From Tubiluchus corallicola (taxonomy: Eukaryota; Animalia; Priapulida): a stretch of DNA of 64,000 nucleotides. Every line of letters begins with the position of its first letter. Position 1 is the stretch's first letter. Below are positions 48,901 to 62,299 of the stretch, piece after piece. The notes under the pieces were generated by a model. It had not been told where the DNA came from, did no database searches, and saw nothing but the letters and a program-made list of their open reading frames with translations. A program made the position numbers and the translations under genes. The stretch lies in assembly GCA_030141605.1 (NCBI GenBank), contig JAQGDQ010000533.1, positions 1-64,000 on the forward strand, given 5' to 3'.

Positions 48901-51900
48901 TCATCTATTTATCTAAATACAGTATGATCATTTGAGCTGATGCAATTGATATACTGTAACAAAGATAAAAAAGAATAAGCTTTTTATTTATCCTGAAATC
49001 CAGCCTGGGTCAAGTGTTATGAAGAAAATTTGTGGCTCCCTCTGTAACTAGATTGGACCTGCAGCTTTTTCAAAGTGTCAGCATTTGATTTTTGCGTTTG
49101 ATATTATTGTGGTAAATGAAACATTCAGATGTGTAATTTTCTAAAACGGATAAACTCAAGATGCATCGTTTTATCACCGCTAGCGATTTTATGTTAAAAA
49201 CAAGTGTAACACTCAAAACGATCACTAGCGGGGACACAGTCTACAAAAGGGCGAAAGAGTGACATTAAACCTGACCTTTGACCTCTTAAACCTGTGTCCA
49301 GGATGTACAGAGATATATTCAGTTAGCAGTGTCATCAGGGTTGCTACAACTAAATAAGCGTCTTCCTGTAGAGTTAAGGCAGGCACAATTATTCGCCTTC
49401 CTCGGGCAAGGCACAGTACAATGACCTTTGACCTATTGTAGTATATAGTTGGAAGACGCCCAGACTTAGGAACAGATTTTCACAGATAAAAAAGTTTAAA
49501 TTGTTAACAAACTTAAACAAATCATGCAAAATTCAACAAGACTTCAGAAAAATCAATAATCGTATAACCGACCTTTAACTTCATATTTAAGTTACGTGGG
49601 ATACAGAAAATCTTGTGATGTAAGCACACCAGACTTGGTAGTTTTTGCATCAGCAGCTAATGAATTTTCTTAGGCCATCATGAACACAAAACTGCTGAAG
49701 CTTAATACAAATGACTTTAAAGGAAAACCGGACGATTGTTTAGACTCAATGTCATTTTAATTTACTGTCCAAAATATACATTTTCTTGCCTATAAAAGTT
49801 AGCAATTGTTTCTTATATTTGAATAATTAACTTAGAAAGTTAATTAACGGCAACCGAACACAGCTATTGCTTACGTCAGAAACTAACACAGTTTGTGCAA
49901 TGGCAGGCACAGTTTGTGCGTCAAGCACGTTTCGGTAAGTGCTGCAGTACTGCTTAAACGCGTGATGTCACGAAAATGGGCTCTACGTTATATGACGTCA
50001 GAAACTAACACTGCAGTTCATGATCATGGTTATCATGATACCGCCTTCTATTTGTCGGCCACGCGAATGTGACAAAAAGGTGTCGCTGCCAATCTTAGTA
50101 GATTCACTGAGCCGTGCGTAGCTTTAAAAGTTTAACAAAATTTGAGTATCCAAGGTAATTATTATTTTGCTTTGCTTTGATTTAAAAAAGCTATTGTAGT
50201 TTTCAATATTTTAGAGCATTCTTTATTCTGAACTAATGTCTACACAATTGTCTGGTTTTCTTATTAAACATTTATATAATATCAAATATATTGAACACTT
50301 TTGAAGAGTTTTTAGGTGTCACTTACTTGGTGAGCTTTTGATTCCACTGTCCTGACTATCTGTGTCGCTTCCACTTGATTTCCTAGAGCCTCCCAATGAT
50401 CCAGAATTATTAGACTCCTCGTCGTCGTAGGCAATTCCCTGTTGTTTCAGAGCATCCGGGGCCTGGATGAGCACCTGTTTCTTCTTCTTCGGTAGCTTCA
50501 ACCTGGCCTGAGCATGTGTGTAATACAGTGCAAAGTTATTGACAATGATGGGCACTGGAAGTGAGATTGTCAGTACACCGGAAATGGCACAGGTAAAACC
50601 CACCAGCATCCCCGCTGGAGTTTTCGGCACCACGTCGCCGTACCCGATGGTTGTCATGGTGATCAGCGCCCACCAGAATCCGCGGAAGATGCTGTCGAAT
50701 TCATTATCCGGGTTGTTTTGGAATCGCTCGGCATAGTAGACCAGACTGGCGAAGATTAAAATACCGATGACAATGATCAGGATGAGAAGAAACAGTTCCT
50801 TCAACGATGCCTTGATGGTGTGAAAGAGAATCTTCAATCCGCTCAAATGCCGCGTGAGTTTGAAGATTCTGAAAATGCGCACCACGCGGAAAAAGTTCAA
50901 CGATTCGAGCGCTTTCTGCGTCACATCCGGTTTGAACATCTTGATGAAAAGTTTCAGGTAGAAAGGCATGATCGACAAGCAGTCAACGATGTTTAGAGCA
51001 TTTTTCGTAAATTCGCACTTATTTGGAGAGAAAATAAAGCGAACGATCAGTTCTACGGTAAAATAAGATGTGCAGATGTATTCTATAACGTCTAGTGAAC
51101 GATGTGGTTCACTGGTTAAACCCAGTAGATACGTTTCATTAGCAGTGGTGTTGTATGTGTAAGTAGACACCCAGACTCTGGCGCCATCTACCGTCTCTGT
51201 ACAGTAAGTTACAATGGAGATTCCAATAAAGAATAGCGACAGAAAATTGAGAAACTGGAAAACAAAAAAAATCTGTCATTTTTATTATTTAAATTAATTA
51301 TTTGTAAGACTGTACGTCTTGAAGGACAGTTGCTCTTTGCAGAGAATGGTTACAGCTTTTGGCTACGATCCGGATGTTCCGGATTCGCTGCCCAGGGCTG
51401 GATTAATCCATCAGCAGATTGAGTACATGCCTAGGGCACCAACGTTCAGGGGGCACCAAGCTGGCAAAAATGAATGGAAAACAGATAAAACTTTAATAAA
51501 GTACGTTAACTACCATAAAACTTCTTCAAAGTTTAAAATGTGAGAAAGAGATCTACAGGAGGATGAGGCACTTTGGCTGGGTTGATTTTTCATATCATTA
51601 CATAGTAAAAGTTATAAATTAATAGTTATATATATATACATATATATATATAATATTTATTTGCCATTAAAATACATTGATAATCACTGATAAAAACTTT
51701 ACAGAAATGATCAATCAGTATTAGTTAATAAAAACTTAGCTAAAGGCAAATGCGTCAGTGCAATCTAAACTACTGTGCAGTAATGGAAAGTAACGATGAA
51801 TAAAATCAAACATATTTACAACTATGCAAAAAAAATGAAAAACTATGATTTAATTAATATGGCCGTGGATATATGAATTCTGAATTAGTGTGTATGTTGT

Positions 51901-54900
51901 CGTACTGGGGTGATGGTATTTCATATCTGGTTAATATTAGTGATTTTAATTTTGTTTTAAATGTTGATACGGACTTGATTTGTTTAACCTGTAATGGTAG
52001 AGAATTCCAAAGTAGAATTGCTTGTTTGATTACAGAGTTCGTTCCATAGTGGGTGTTTGTCCTAATTTGTTTTAGATTGCTTGTTCTGGAATTAACGATA
52101 GGATTTGGAAAAAAGGTAAATCTGTTATTCTGGAATGGTTTGCTGATGTTGTTAATGTATTTAAATATCAAAAGCAGAGTAAAATATTCTTTGTGTGCTT
52201 CAATGATTGGGAATTTTAAAGTTTTTCTCAGGTTAGACGTGATAAGACTTTTTAAGTTAGTAGGACTTAAGCTAGGTCCTACGTACTAACTGTACAGTTA
52301 TGTAGGATCTAGCTCAGGTCACTGTCATTTAGCCACGTAAAAGCGTTTAGTCTTTTTGAAAGCAATCCTTTTGAGAGAGCTGCAGCTATGTTTTTGTGCC
52401 TTAGTGCCACGCAACCATTTTTGCAGGCAAAGTTTGCGTAATATTTTCAAGAAATAGGGTACTCACCACGAAACCTACAAAATATTCAACTAAAAAAATA
52501 CTTGTGATACCCTGTCTTAACAGTAGTGACATCATCATCATCATTGCATCCACCATCATTATTGTCACCATTATCGTGGTAGTTTGAGTACATCATTTAA
52601 TGACCAATTTGAAGCTTGTTTAAAAAAGACAACAGACTTTTCCTTTAACAACAGCTTTAATAAACTTCGTTTGTGGTAAAACTAAGCTAACTCTCGTCAT
52701 ATTTATCATTGTCATCATTATCATGCTAGTTTGATTATGTCACTCGATAACCAATTTAACGCTTGTTTAAAAACAGTTGAATTTTCCTTTAACAGTAGCT
52801 TTAATGAACTTCGTTTGTGGTAAAACTAAGCTAACTCTCGTCATATTTATCATTGTCATCATTATCATGCTAGTTTGATTATGTCACTCGATAACCAATT
52901 TAACGCTTGTTTAAAAACAGTGGAATTTTTCTTTAACAGTAGCTTTAATGAACTTCGTTTGTGGTAAAACTAAGCTAACTCTCGTCATATTTATCATTGT
53001 CATCATTATCATGCTAGTTTGATTATGTCACTTGATAACCAATTTAACGCTTGTTTAAAAACAGTTGAATTTTCCTTTAACAGTAGCTTTAATGATCTTC
53101 GCTTGTATTAAATCTGTGCTGACTCAAAACAATACTGATAATTATTGATCAAGGAAATATAAATTACATGCCAAATGTTGCAGCCCGATTTGCGTCACTG
53201 TGTGTTCGATGTTAATAAACAGGTACTGTTTATACGTCAGCTGGTACGCATCGATTTCTTCCTGTTCGTTTGTTTGGGGAACATACAATTTGCGAAATGC
53301 TCGTGCACTATTGATCATTAGTGGTACATACTACGTTCGCTACGGAGTTTCATTGCCAAAAGTGCTGGTATAGGCCAGACTTTATGGACAGTTTTAAACA
53401 GAAAGCAGCCGAATCATACAAGCTTGCAAAGAACGCTTTTTGGATGCAGATTTCCAATTAAAGTTTGATCAACTAAAAAGAATTCAAACCACCAGAAAGT
53501 TTTTCTCATTTTTTCCAAAATAATCAATAGCTGGAACCACAAATATTGTGAAATTTAGTGTGTTTACTACGATAGGTAAAATACTAATATTGTGTGTAAT
53601 GTGTATAGACGCCCCTATATTTTTTTAGAACAGGTCCTAATAGTTTGCTTATAGCAAAGCTCAGTCCACACTAATCGAATTTCAGTATAACTTTTTAAAT
53701 ATGACTAAGGTAATATTTCTTTAAACCATAGTCATGACGTTGCAAAGCACTTGTTAAAATTCATTCAAACATTTTTACCACGATTATAGCACAATTTTTG
53801 CACGTTACCACTACACTACCACGTATAGCAACTACTACCTCTTCTGTGTTAAGATTTGTTAGTTCGTATTATAGTGGAAATCGAGATATCGCAAAGATTT
53901 CAATCTAACCTTATTATCAATGCTGTTGCTAAGATAAACAAAAACCATGGCAACCAATTTATGAGAATAGCCTTTTATATCATTAACCATGCACTGTAAC
54001 CTAGGCTAGATGACATTTGATGCTCACACAAAGGCCCGTAATGACATGGTTGCTAGGGCTGATGCTATGTGGGACAGTCCCAGAATTCAACAGGCCACCA
54101 AGACCAATTCATGGGAAGCAATTTTTCTATAACATAACATAATATTTCCATAACATTCTGATTCAGAAAAAAACATTTGTGTTGCAATTATTTCTCAAAA
54201 GAGCTGTTCCCTGATCAGCCTGCTATCGGGTTAAACAATAATAAATAGTGATTAACCTCTAATAAACCTTTTCACAGTTCCAGCGACTGATGATGATCGT
54301 GAAAAGATCAAAGGTTAAGTGTACCAGACAACGTATTTTTGTACAATTGACAGCACCTCGCAGCCCAAGCTATTGCAACAGCAACAGTTTTAAGCTAAAA
54401 TCTTTCCTAGTTCATTTTTCATTTCACAGTTTGGTTGTGCACACGTGCAGTTGCTGTACGTCAAAGGTTAAGTGTATCATAGCAACGCGTCTTGGTTACA
54501 ACCGTCACGTGACGTCTGAGTAGGGCAAAGCCGTCTGCCGCATCAGTTCGGTAACTTCAGTTATTTTACGTGGACTTTATTTAATTATGCATTAGTTTAT
54601 AGATTGATTTACTAGCGGGATCTTACTGGGAAACAAGAAAAAATGAACTAGGTAAGGTTCTAGCTAGCTGCTACCACGGCTACTATGACAACAGCAAGGA
54701 CTGCCAGGCGTTGTCAAGTGTGCACAAAAGCGTTGTCTGGTACACTTAACTTTGGACCTTTTCACGATCATCATCAATCGCTGGAACTGTGAAAAGGCTT
54801 ATAAATCTTATCTTGTCTAAGTTAAATTTAGTTTTAGCATGTCTGTAAATTTCACTATGTAGATTGAGTTCATACCGTGAATTGGTCGTGGAAAATGGCT

Positions 54901-57099
54901 TGGCTGCTGCAAGATAATATACCACTCACACCACTATGTTTAAATTAAATAAAATTTTGAATTAGAGAGGGGTTTTGTAAAAACTAGTTCATCATGAACA
55001 CACCCAATCATGGAATTGTGAAAAGGTTTATACCCTAGTAATTAGATGCTCTTTTCCTTATAATGCTATTGTGGAAGACCACACTTGCCCCCAATACGTT
55101 TACCTGTGCCGCTGGAGATGAATACGGTTCATCCAACAACTCCCAAACTTTCGGCTGCCATCTTTCCCAGCAAGACAGCTCCGCGTGGATCTCTTCTATG
55201 CCAAATATGGCGGCTATGTCTTCATCGTCGTCATCATCTTCGTTGTTCTCGAAACCGTTCTCTCCGAATTCTTTGAGCGTCTCTTCTGCGTCGCGATGTG
55301 TACTAGTGTGTGGAAAAACAGGAAAGATTTAGTGAAGCTTTAGCCGTTGAAATGGAACCGAAAACTAAGAAACGGCAACTTAGGGAGCCGTTGATGGTTG
55401 TTTACAATGTGATGTAACGTTGTGACAGTTTTGTAAAAGAGAGAGTTAATGAGGAATGTTAATTATGCAATTGTTATGGAATTATTTGCAATTTATATAA
55501 TAATAATAATTTCGCTTAGGACATAGTCCAAGTAATTCAATACTTATTTCTAAGGTGGTCCCAACTATAATTACCCGAATGTTACTTCAATAAACCCACG
55601 TGCTTGGTCAAAGAACCAGCGGTACCACTTTTTAAGTCTTTGGTATGACTCGGTCAGGAGTAGAACCTACGACCTCCCGGGTTGAAGTGAGCACGCTACC
55701 ATTGAGCTACCCCACCCGGTATAATCGGCTAGTTAAGCCTTTCGCGTTAATAATCTACAAAAATAATCAACTTTTATTCTTTCTGTTAGCCACCTGGGAT
55801 GAGGAAAATAACCTGGTGGCGACAGTGTGTGCTTTGCGACCAAAGTTAAGTAATGCCGAACCTGGTCAGTGAATAGATGGAAAAACTATTCCTAGTGTTT
55901 TCATCTGCTGTACTGCCCAGTGTATTCACCAGAAATTCAGGCTTGCTTTTCATTGAAACAGGCACTAATTGACTCGTCCATTAATTTTACTCATCTGCCA
56001 GCTATTTATTCATTCACTCGCTCATTTCCAATTAACTCACTCATTAACACACCTAATTCGATCTCTTATTCCTCCACACATTATTCATTCATTCACTCAT
56101 TCGTTTACTTGTTATGCTTTTGTTTTGCCTTGCCATGCTATGTTTTGTTATGTTGCATTACGTAGCTTTACGTTATTATATGCTATGTTGTGGTGTGTTG
56201 TGTTACACTGTGTTACGCTACGTTATTTTATGTTGTATTGTGTTATATTGAGTTACGTTATTTATTTTGCATTGTGTTACATTACATTTAGTTATGTTAC
56301 ACGTTAGATGGATATTGTGTGGGGTTGGATGGTCAAGAGTTGTGACGTTACGTTACGGTGTGTTACGCTTTGTTGTGTTGCGATATGTTTTGTTACGCTG
56401 CCCTGTGCTGTGCTGTGCTGAGTGTTGCGATATGTTTTGTTGTGCTGTGCTGAGTTATGATAATATTTTGTTATGCTCAGATGTTTGCATGTCTGGTCTG
56501 TTTGCTTCTTGAATATTCCTTTGTTGACATTTATTTGTTTACTTTAGATTTACAGGTAGGCCTAATTACATGAGATCTACCTGCTTTATTAGCATCTGTT
56601 TTGCAGGTAGGCCTAATTACATTAAATTTACATTATTTGTTAACATCTATTTTGCAGGTAGGCCTAATTTCTCGAAATTTACCTACTTTATTAACATCTG
56701 TTTTGCTTACCTATAATTTGACCAGCAGCAGGCCTCTATCTGTTTCTCGTCAATCCCCCAGAAATTTAGTTCTTCCTCGTACAGCGGTCCGCAGACGTCG
56801 ACGGGCGCGTGCAACTTGCCAGTTCGATAATAATTTAACACGGCGGCAAAAACACCCGGATGTCGATCGAAAAAATACTCGTTCATGATTGGATCGTAGT
56901 CGGCGTTTGTCGCCTGCGTTTCCGTCAGCCATGACAGTCGAGTGTCTGGTATACTCTTGAGGGTGGTTTTGTAGGTCTCGTGACGAGTACCACCCACATT
57001 TATGATGACACGGTTATCGCGACGGTTTGGTTTCGATGTGGCAATGGACGGTTGAGAATTGTGACCGCTGCGATTGCTCTGACGTTCTGTTAAGCTCAT
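42932..57099 (-). CDS. Shaw: Shaw-type (Kv3/KCNC) voltage-gated potassium channel; complement join(56711..57099,55104..55302,50327..51254,45872..46072,42932..43047); 610 aa
   Basis: T1 domain ([14 protein letters not shown]...[11 protein letters not shown]...YYRTGKLH) with the Zn motif HAPVDVC..ACC, S4 [14 protein letters not shown], pore [15 protein letters not shown]6 [10 protein letters not shown], and the Shaw-typical [12 protein letters not shown]. The last two exons (C-terminal tail) rest on splice sites, phase and open frame only and are less certain. Confidence 0.93.
43522..43946. mobile_element. hAT-like MITE remnant
   Basis: CAGGGGCGCATTAA ... TTGATACGCCCTTG imperfect TIR; the left end resembles 51393-51460. 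Confidence 0.45.
44945..45621. mobile_element. hAT-like element remnant with atccgc subterminal repeats
   Basis: Clusters of atccgc(a/g) at both ends and a terminus cccgtctcta (reverse complement TAGAGACGGG); left TIR not seen. Confidence 0.5.
46840..47431. mobile_element. MITE with about 42-bp terminal inverted repeats
   Basis: gggcgccaagtaatcctctagccgaagtaggacaattggcga versus tcgccagtgtcctacttcggctagtggcttactcggcgccc. Confidence 0.8.
47699..48815. repeat. 45-bp minisatellite, about 24 copies, in Shaw intron 3
   Basis: Unit aatgagtaaaatgacaattgaatttagctgtaaatgtgagaagat with variants. It gives stop-free 15-aa-repeat ORFs on both strands. Confidence 0.97.
49716..50268. mobile_element. Diverged family B-related TTAA element
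   Basis: ttaa|aggaaaaccggacgattgtttagactc matches the end at 28193; gttaattaacggca..cacagctattg is shared with the reverse complement of 35125-35155. Confidence 0.5.
51625..52290 (-). mobile_element. 5'-truncated CR1/L2-clade LINE 3' end in Shaw intron 2
   Basis: [33 protein letters not shown] is the WNSLP..S...FK..LK motif that ends CR1/L2-type ORF2. AATAAA and a (TA)n tail lie at about 51625-51665. Confidence 0.8.
52555..53105. repeat. 144-bp tandem repeat, about 3.8 copies
   Basis: cttcgtttgtggtaaaactaagctaactctcgtc starts at 52665, 52809 and 52953; a more diverged partial copy lies upstream. Confidence 0.93.
54262..54802. mobile_element. Foldback MITE with long (over 100 bp) inverted arms
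   Basis: ataaaccttttcacagttccagcgactgatgatgatcgtgaaaagatcaaaggttaagtgtaccagacaacg... versus ...cgttgtctggtacacttaactttggaccttttcacgatcatcatcaatcgctggaactgtgaaaaggcttat; same family as 33681-34310. Confidence 0.9.
55497..55720 (-). mobile_element. tRNA-derived SINE in Shaw intron 1
   Basis: Minus strand: A-box TAGCTCAATGG, B-box GGTTCTACTCC, core gagtcataccaaagacttaaaaagtggtacc, and a (TTA)n tail. Confidence 0.85.
56110..56475. repeat. Degenerate pentanucleotide low-complexity tract (TGTTA/CGTTA/TGTGC)n
   Basis: Seen directly. Confidence 0.85.
56548..56706. repeat. 51-bp tandem repeat, 3 copies, abutting the Shaw exon 1 donor
   Basis: caggtaggcctaatt starts at 56553, 56604 and 56655. Confidence 0.85.
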
Positions 57100-57233
57100 T
57101 TAGAAGGCGGCCTGTGCAATCCTTTTTCAAGAAAGTTAATTTCGAAGAACGACCTGTGTCCTTCAGATATTGTTCTGCTTTGCTTCTAAACTACCTCTCC
57201 AAAATCCTACCATTTTTGCGATAACTCATTGCA
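57100..57233 (-). promoter_or_regulatory. Shaw 5' UTR portion containing two overlapping uORFs (57229-57191 and 57213-57163)
   Basis: Acceptor tttttggtatttttcag| at 57234/57233. ATG AGT TAT...AGG TAG (12 aa) and ATG GTA GGA...ATC TGA (16 aa) both stop before the main ATG at 57099. Confidence 0.6.
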
Positions 57234-57610
57234 CTGAAAAATACCAAAAAGAAAAATAAACACAAATGGTACTGCGGTACAGCGCCCCCGTTTTCACTCA
57301 TTATTATCGATAATATTCAATATAAAAAATTTTTTCTTTAGTTCTTTTTTGTACTTGTGCGGAACCGGAGCACGTAAGGGAAGTACAATTTGCTTCATAG
57401 CCCAAACAATGTGGTGTTTGGCTGTTGTGCGCATGCGGCCATGCGCACATGTCTGAGATAACACGCTGTACGCTAGCGTTTACTCCTAGGTAGAAAAGTA
57501 CCGTCTCTATCACAGTAACAAGTGCCACGTGCTTACCGCGTACCGTTACATTCTCGAATGTGATAAAGTGTAAACTTAACGTGTGTACTTAAAACATAAA
57601 TTATTTAATA

Positions 57611-57857
57611 ATGGACGCCTTGCATCCCCAAGAAATAAGTCCTGTGACTGTAAGTGAACTACAACAGCTTAATTTTTCACAGTTGCCTCTCCATGAGAAA
57701 GTTGCAGTTAAGAAAAGAGGTAGTTCAACACCTCATCTTCAAAAATAACTACAACAGAAAATTATATATGTTTGTTACGTTTTACGCAGTATTAAAGCAA
57801 TGGCTAAACATTTTCTGAAGCAGCACCTCCACTAATTTTAGCTTCGAGCCGCTACTG
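57611..57857 (+). mobile_element. Possible internally deleted hAT element retaining a transposase N-terminal stub
   Basis: ORF 57611-57748 MDALHPQEISPVTVSELQQLNFSQLPLHEKVAVKKRGSSTPHLQK resembles, from memory, the FSxLxxxEKxxxKxxG..P.L start of ZMYM1-like hAT transposases; hAT-like terminus gagccgctactg at 57857. Confidence 0.35.
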
Positions 57858-60374
57858 CGCAGCTTCCTTATTAACTGCAACCTCTTGTATGTTTAAAGAA
57901 TAACATCATTAACAGTCACAGCCTATCACTAATAAATTATTACTTATTTAATTATTAACCCGTATAGGGTACTCTGAACAAGACCCTAGACGTTTAATTG
58001 GGAACCAAACAACCTAATGAGTATAGGCCAGTTCTTACGTATACTTAATATTAGCTTAGGTCAACGCCTTTTTTTAAGAAATTATGACTGGAAAGGTTAT
58101 TTAACCTAAGAGCCCAACAAATAGCTAAAAGGTCTGGGGCCGTTGCAGGCTCCATGAGTGGGGTTTACGATGCATTTGCTGCATTTGAGGACATCTGGAG
58201 GCTTCTTAAACATTTTAAGACAGTATTTGTCTCCTAGAACAACTTTTGGTTAAAACAAGCATTTACAGTGTTTTATATGAATCATTAAGGACTTAAAAGA
58301 CCATTTAATCAACTTTTCTTTGCATAACGTTCAAAGGGAATTTCTTTTCTGCATTTCATTTTGTTTAATTCAATTTTTATATGCTTCAAGTTTTGTTTTT
58401 ATTATAAAATTGATTCAATACGCATTTACTGTTTCTTAGCGATACAATTTTGATATTTCCTCAAACATAATCTCATTCTTGTAAAAATAATGTTATATTA
58501 ATTTTATAAATTACTGATGTATCTGAAAATAAAAACCTCGAAGTCTAAATTGAACAACTGTGACCCTGTTACAAAAATGCAGACCCAGGGTAGGCGGGGT
58601 AATCGGGAGGGCGTGCCCGAGGTACAAGGGTTGCCTGCATGCCCACCCAGTTTTTGTGTTAGAAAAGTCCTGGCCTAGGCTGCCTCCGCTGTAGGATATT
58701 TTGCGAACAGAAGTTTTTACGAGAATTCTGAACAACTTATTTGTAACAGAAAAATAAAAGTTTTCAAAATCTCGTATTTAGACCGTCCTCTCCGTAGGGG
58801 TCATCTAAGCAAAACGTTTTAATTTAATTTTTGCGAGACTTCTGTAAATGCAGGATATAAATAAATTATTATTAATTAATTTATATAATAACTAATGCAG
58901 ACCGTAAACGTACTGCAAGTTTTAAATAGTTAACCACTTTCATATTATTAACAGCAGTACGTTTAACTGTGCTCAACATTTTGTAAAAGTAAAAAATTGT
59001 TAAGAAGTGATACTTCAAACAAATTATAGGCTTACCTAATAACATACACTGCAGCAGCTGTGTGTTCTGTCAAAATATCCGTTTCATAAAATTTAAATAA
59101 ACAGTTCGCGTAGAAAAAATTCATATAAGTTTAATCACACAAAAGTGAGCTTCAAAATCATGCAAAACGACATAGAATGTTTTGCAAAATAAGAGTTGAG
59201 TCAGTCCTGGATTTATTTACATGTATAAACAATAACCACAGAAAAATATGGAATTGTGAAATAATCGACGCATGCGCAATGCCTTTCCTACCAGGTGACA
59301 TCAGGTAATACATTCTCACGGACAAGGTGCTAATAATTAAGAATGGATCATTTTTAGACGGGTATACTGAGCGAGTTTGGATCATGGTGCTAGATGTTAA
59401 TAGCTGAAAATTCAGAGTGTCCAGTTTGTGGTGAGTTCGTCTGTTCATTCGTTCATTCACTCATTCAGCACATAAATTATTTATTTACCTTGATTCTTCC
59501 ATCTTTCTTCCTTTCGTCATTCATTCGTTTATTTATTCGTTTGTTTGTTTGTGTTATTTGTTTATTCACACACTAATATTTTGTGTTAATCAGTTCGAGT
59601 CTACCTGTGTCCATACTGATTCCTTATTATTCGGTTCCTTTATTTATGTACTGTTTTTACATACTACTGCTTTGTTTGCCCGTTTGGTTATTATCAACAC
59701 ATTATTTGTTTGATTTTTTTCATCAGTTTGCTCATTTTGTGTATATTTAGATCTGTGGATGTTCATTTGTTTATTTTCCTGTTTGTTTGTTTAAATGTTT
59801 ATTTGTATGTTTGTTTGTTTGTGTTTATTTAATTGTTTGAATGTATGTCTGTCTTGTTTGTTTGTTTATTTCTTTGTATATTTATTTGATTGTTTGAATG
59901 TATGCCTACTGTTTGTTTGTTTTTCTTTTGTACCCTACTATTATCCTGCTTCTATTGATTTTCCTCTCTGTTTACACTTGTTTTGTGTCATAACTCACAC
60001 CTGTTTTAACACCCCTTTACAAGAATAATCCTATCATCCACGGGTGCGTGATTACAGGTAAAATAATAACTGATTTCCTATGAAATGAAGTGCGCATGCT
60101 CTGTGTGATCTCACCTGTCGTCAGCGTTGATTAAATAAAACAGGTGCGTTTGAGAGGTAAAGTAGTTTGTCGAAACAAGATTGTTTTGAAATGGTGAAAT
60201 GGTTATTAGAAAATCTACCAATGCAAGAATGACTTAGAAGATTCATACAATCTTCAGGATTGGTTTACCGTCCAAAAGCTGTTCTCTTGACATTCGGATG
60301 GTTCTGGTTCTTGCCATGACTTTAGCTGATCACCTTGTTATAAATACCTACAAGGCAGTAGTGATTAACAATGT

Positions 60375-60995
60375 TTAAAGCAAAACTAGACCCAATCTTA
60401 AACTGTAGGTCAAAACAATCTACTCTTTAAAATATTGAAAGGGACCATACTATTTTTTTCAAAAACGACATTTTTCAAAATTGAAAGAATTATTACCACA
60501 CAAACACAATTTCATGTTCGCGCCACAAGTTCTCTGCTGTTACATACATCTCGCCATTTGCTAATTAGACGGGCACTAGCGCCTGTATTGCGGAAACGCG
60601 ATACACAAAAAACAGGTGCTGTACCTCTCAGTTCAGATGTGTTGGTTCATGATGAATTACACATGTTCGACAGCTCATGCATGAGCACAGCAGTAAATTT
60701 GAAATTTGAATTTTTATTTTAAAACTTGATTAGTTTTAGTACAACACACTGAATATCTTACAGCAGAACTGTATTTCAATTTTCGCTTTTGCAAACACGT
60801 GCAACACGCTTGTAGAATATTTTTGCTGTTGAAAATTATGTTCGTTTGTGATGTCATCAATAGTTGGGCTCGCCCGTTAAGATTTTAATCTATAATTTAA
60901 TTATCTGAAATTGCCTTTGCAGTAGTAATTGTGTTAAAATGTATACTTTTTATCGGATTTGCAAATGAGGTAGTATATGAAAAATCACCCTTTAA
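60375..60995. mobile_element. Family B Kolobok-like MITE
   Basis: Collinear with 34681-35275 throughout; TTAA at both ends. Confidence 0.8.
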
Positions 60996-61769
60996 GGAAA
61001 CTCAGTGAAAAACGAAAGCAACATGCGTTTGATTGCTCATACGAAAACAGACTTTTTGTTCCCTTCACCAGACTTTGTTAAAAGAAAAGTCAAGTCATAT
61101 AGCAGGTTGTGTTCATTTTGGTATACTACTTCATTTTAGTATAGTTCATTTTACTATCACTTTACTATTATACTTATTAGAAATTATAACAAGAAACTTG
61201 GCAAAAAACTAAGGCATGAAGTAAATTTATACCACCACTGAATAGAAATTTTCAGATGCAGTGGTAGCTGCCATTTACATGAAAATTATGACGTAACTGG
61301 TGACTTCCTGGCTTTTCGTAAGCTTAAACTAATTCAAGTTTATTCAACTTATCTAATTGTTCACACAGAAATATCGCAAATGAGATATCTCATTCTTTGT
61401 AGAAAATGTGTTATACTTTCGACGAAAATTGACAGTGCGCTCCTTTTCTTCAGCTGATGAAAGACGTCATTGGTGGAAAAATAGGCGCTCTAGATGGAAG
61501 CGTCCAAGTGTTTTTAAACTGATTTTACTAATTACACTTTTATTGCCAAATGTTTCTAACGTTGAAGTAAGCCTATCTTCCCAGAATGCTTTGCTTTCCC
61601 TCTGACATGGTGAAACTTGTTATTAAACTGTATATTAATACATTCAGTTTTCTTAGAATTGTATGAAGATGATCGAAGGTTTAGGTAAAAGAGAAGAATA
61701 ATAATTATATACAGATAAGAGTGAATTAAGAAGAGGGAAGGACGAATAGAGGCAGTGAGAGAAGGAATC

Positions 61770-62112
61770 GAATAGAATAGAATAGAATAGAATAGAATAG
61801 AATAGAATAGAATAGAATAGAATAGAATAGAATAGAACTGAACAGCATAGAACAGCATAGAATAGAATAGAATGGAATGGAATGGAATAGAATAGAATAG
61901 AATAGAATAGAATAGAATAGAATAGAATAGAATAGAATAGAATAGAATAGAATAGAATAGAATAGAACAGAACAGAACAGAACAGAACAGAACAGAACAG
62001 AATAGAATAGAATAGAATAGAATAGAATAGAATAGAATAGAATAGAATAGAATAGAATAGAATAGAATAGAATAGAATAGAATAGAACAGAACAGAACAG
62101 AATAGAATAGAA
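61770..62112. repeat. (AATAG)n/(AACAG)n pentanucleotide microsatellite
   Basis: Seen directly. It explains the (LFYSI)n ORFs. Confidence 0.99.
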
Positions 62113-62299
62113 CAAATTTATTTTACAACAACAAATGCAACGATACAATTGTCGCGAACATACGGAGCCTCCAAAGGGACATGACAAAAAAATTTAATAC
62201 GTATAATCCGTGCGCACAAAATACTAATCTGAGGCCACGAATTACTAATCCGTGCGCACGGAATCGCTGGCCACGAATTAATACAATCGTATTTAATAC

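Noticed and set aside
54286-54305. CTGATGA...GAAA hammerhead-like motif
   Set aside because: It lies in the TIR arm of a DNA MITE, with no credible stems I/III or cleavage triplet.
55645-55720. tRNA gene
   Set aside because: It has A and B boxes but no clean acceptor stem, and it continues into a SINE core and tail shared with other copies.
61556-62187. (LFYSI)n hydrophobic ORFs
   Set aside because: Translation of the (AATAG)n microsatellite.
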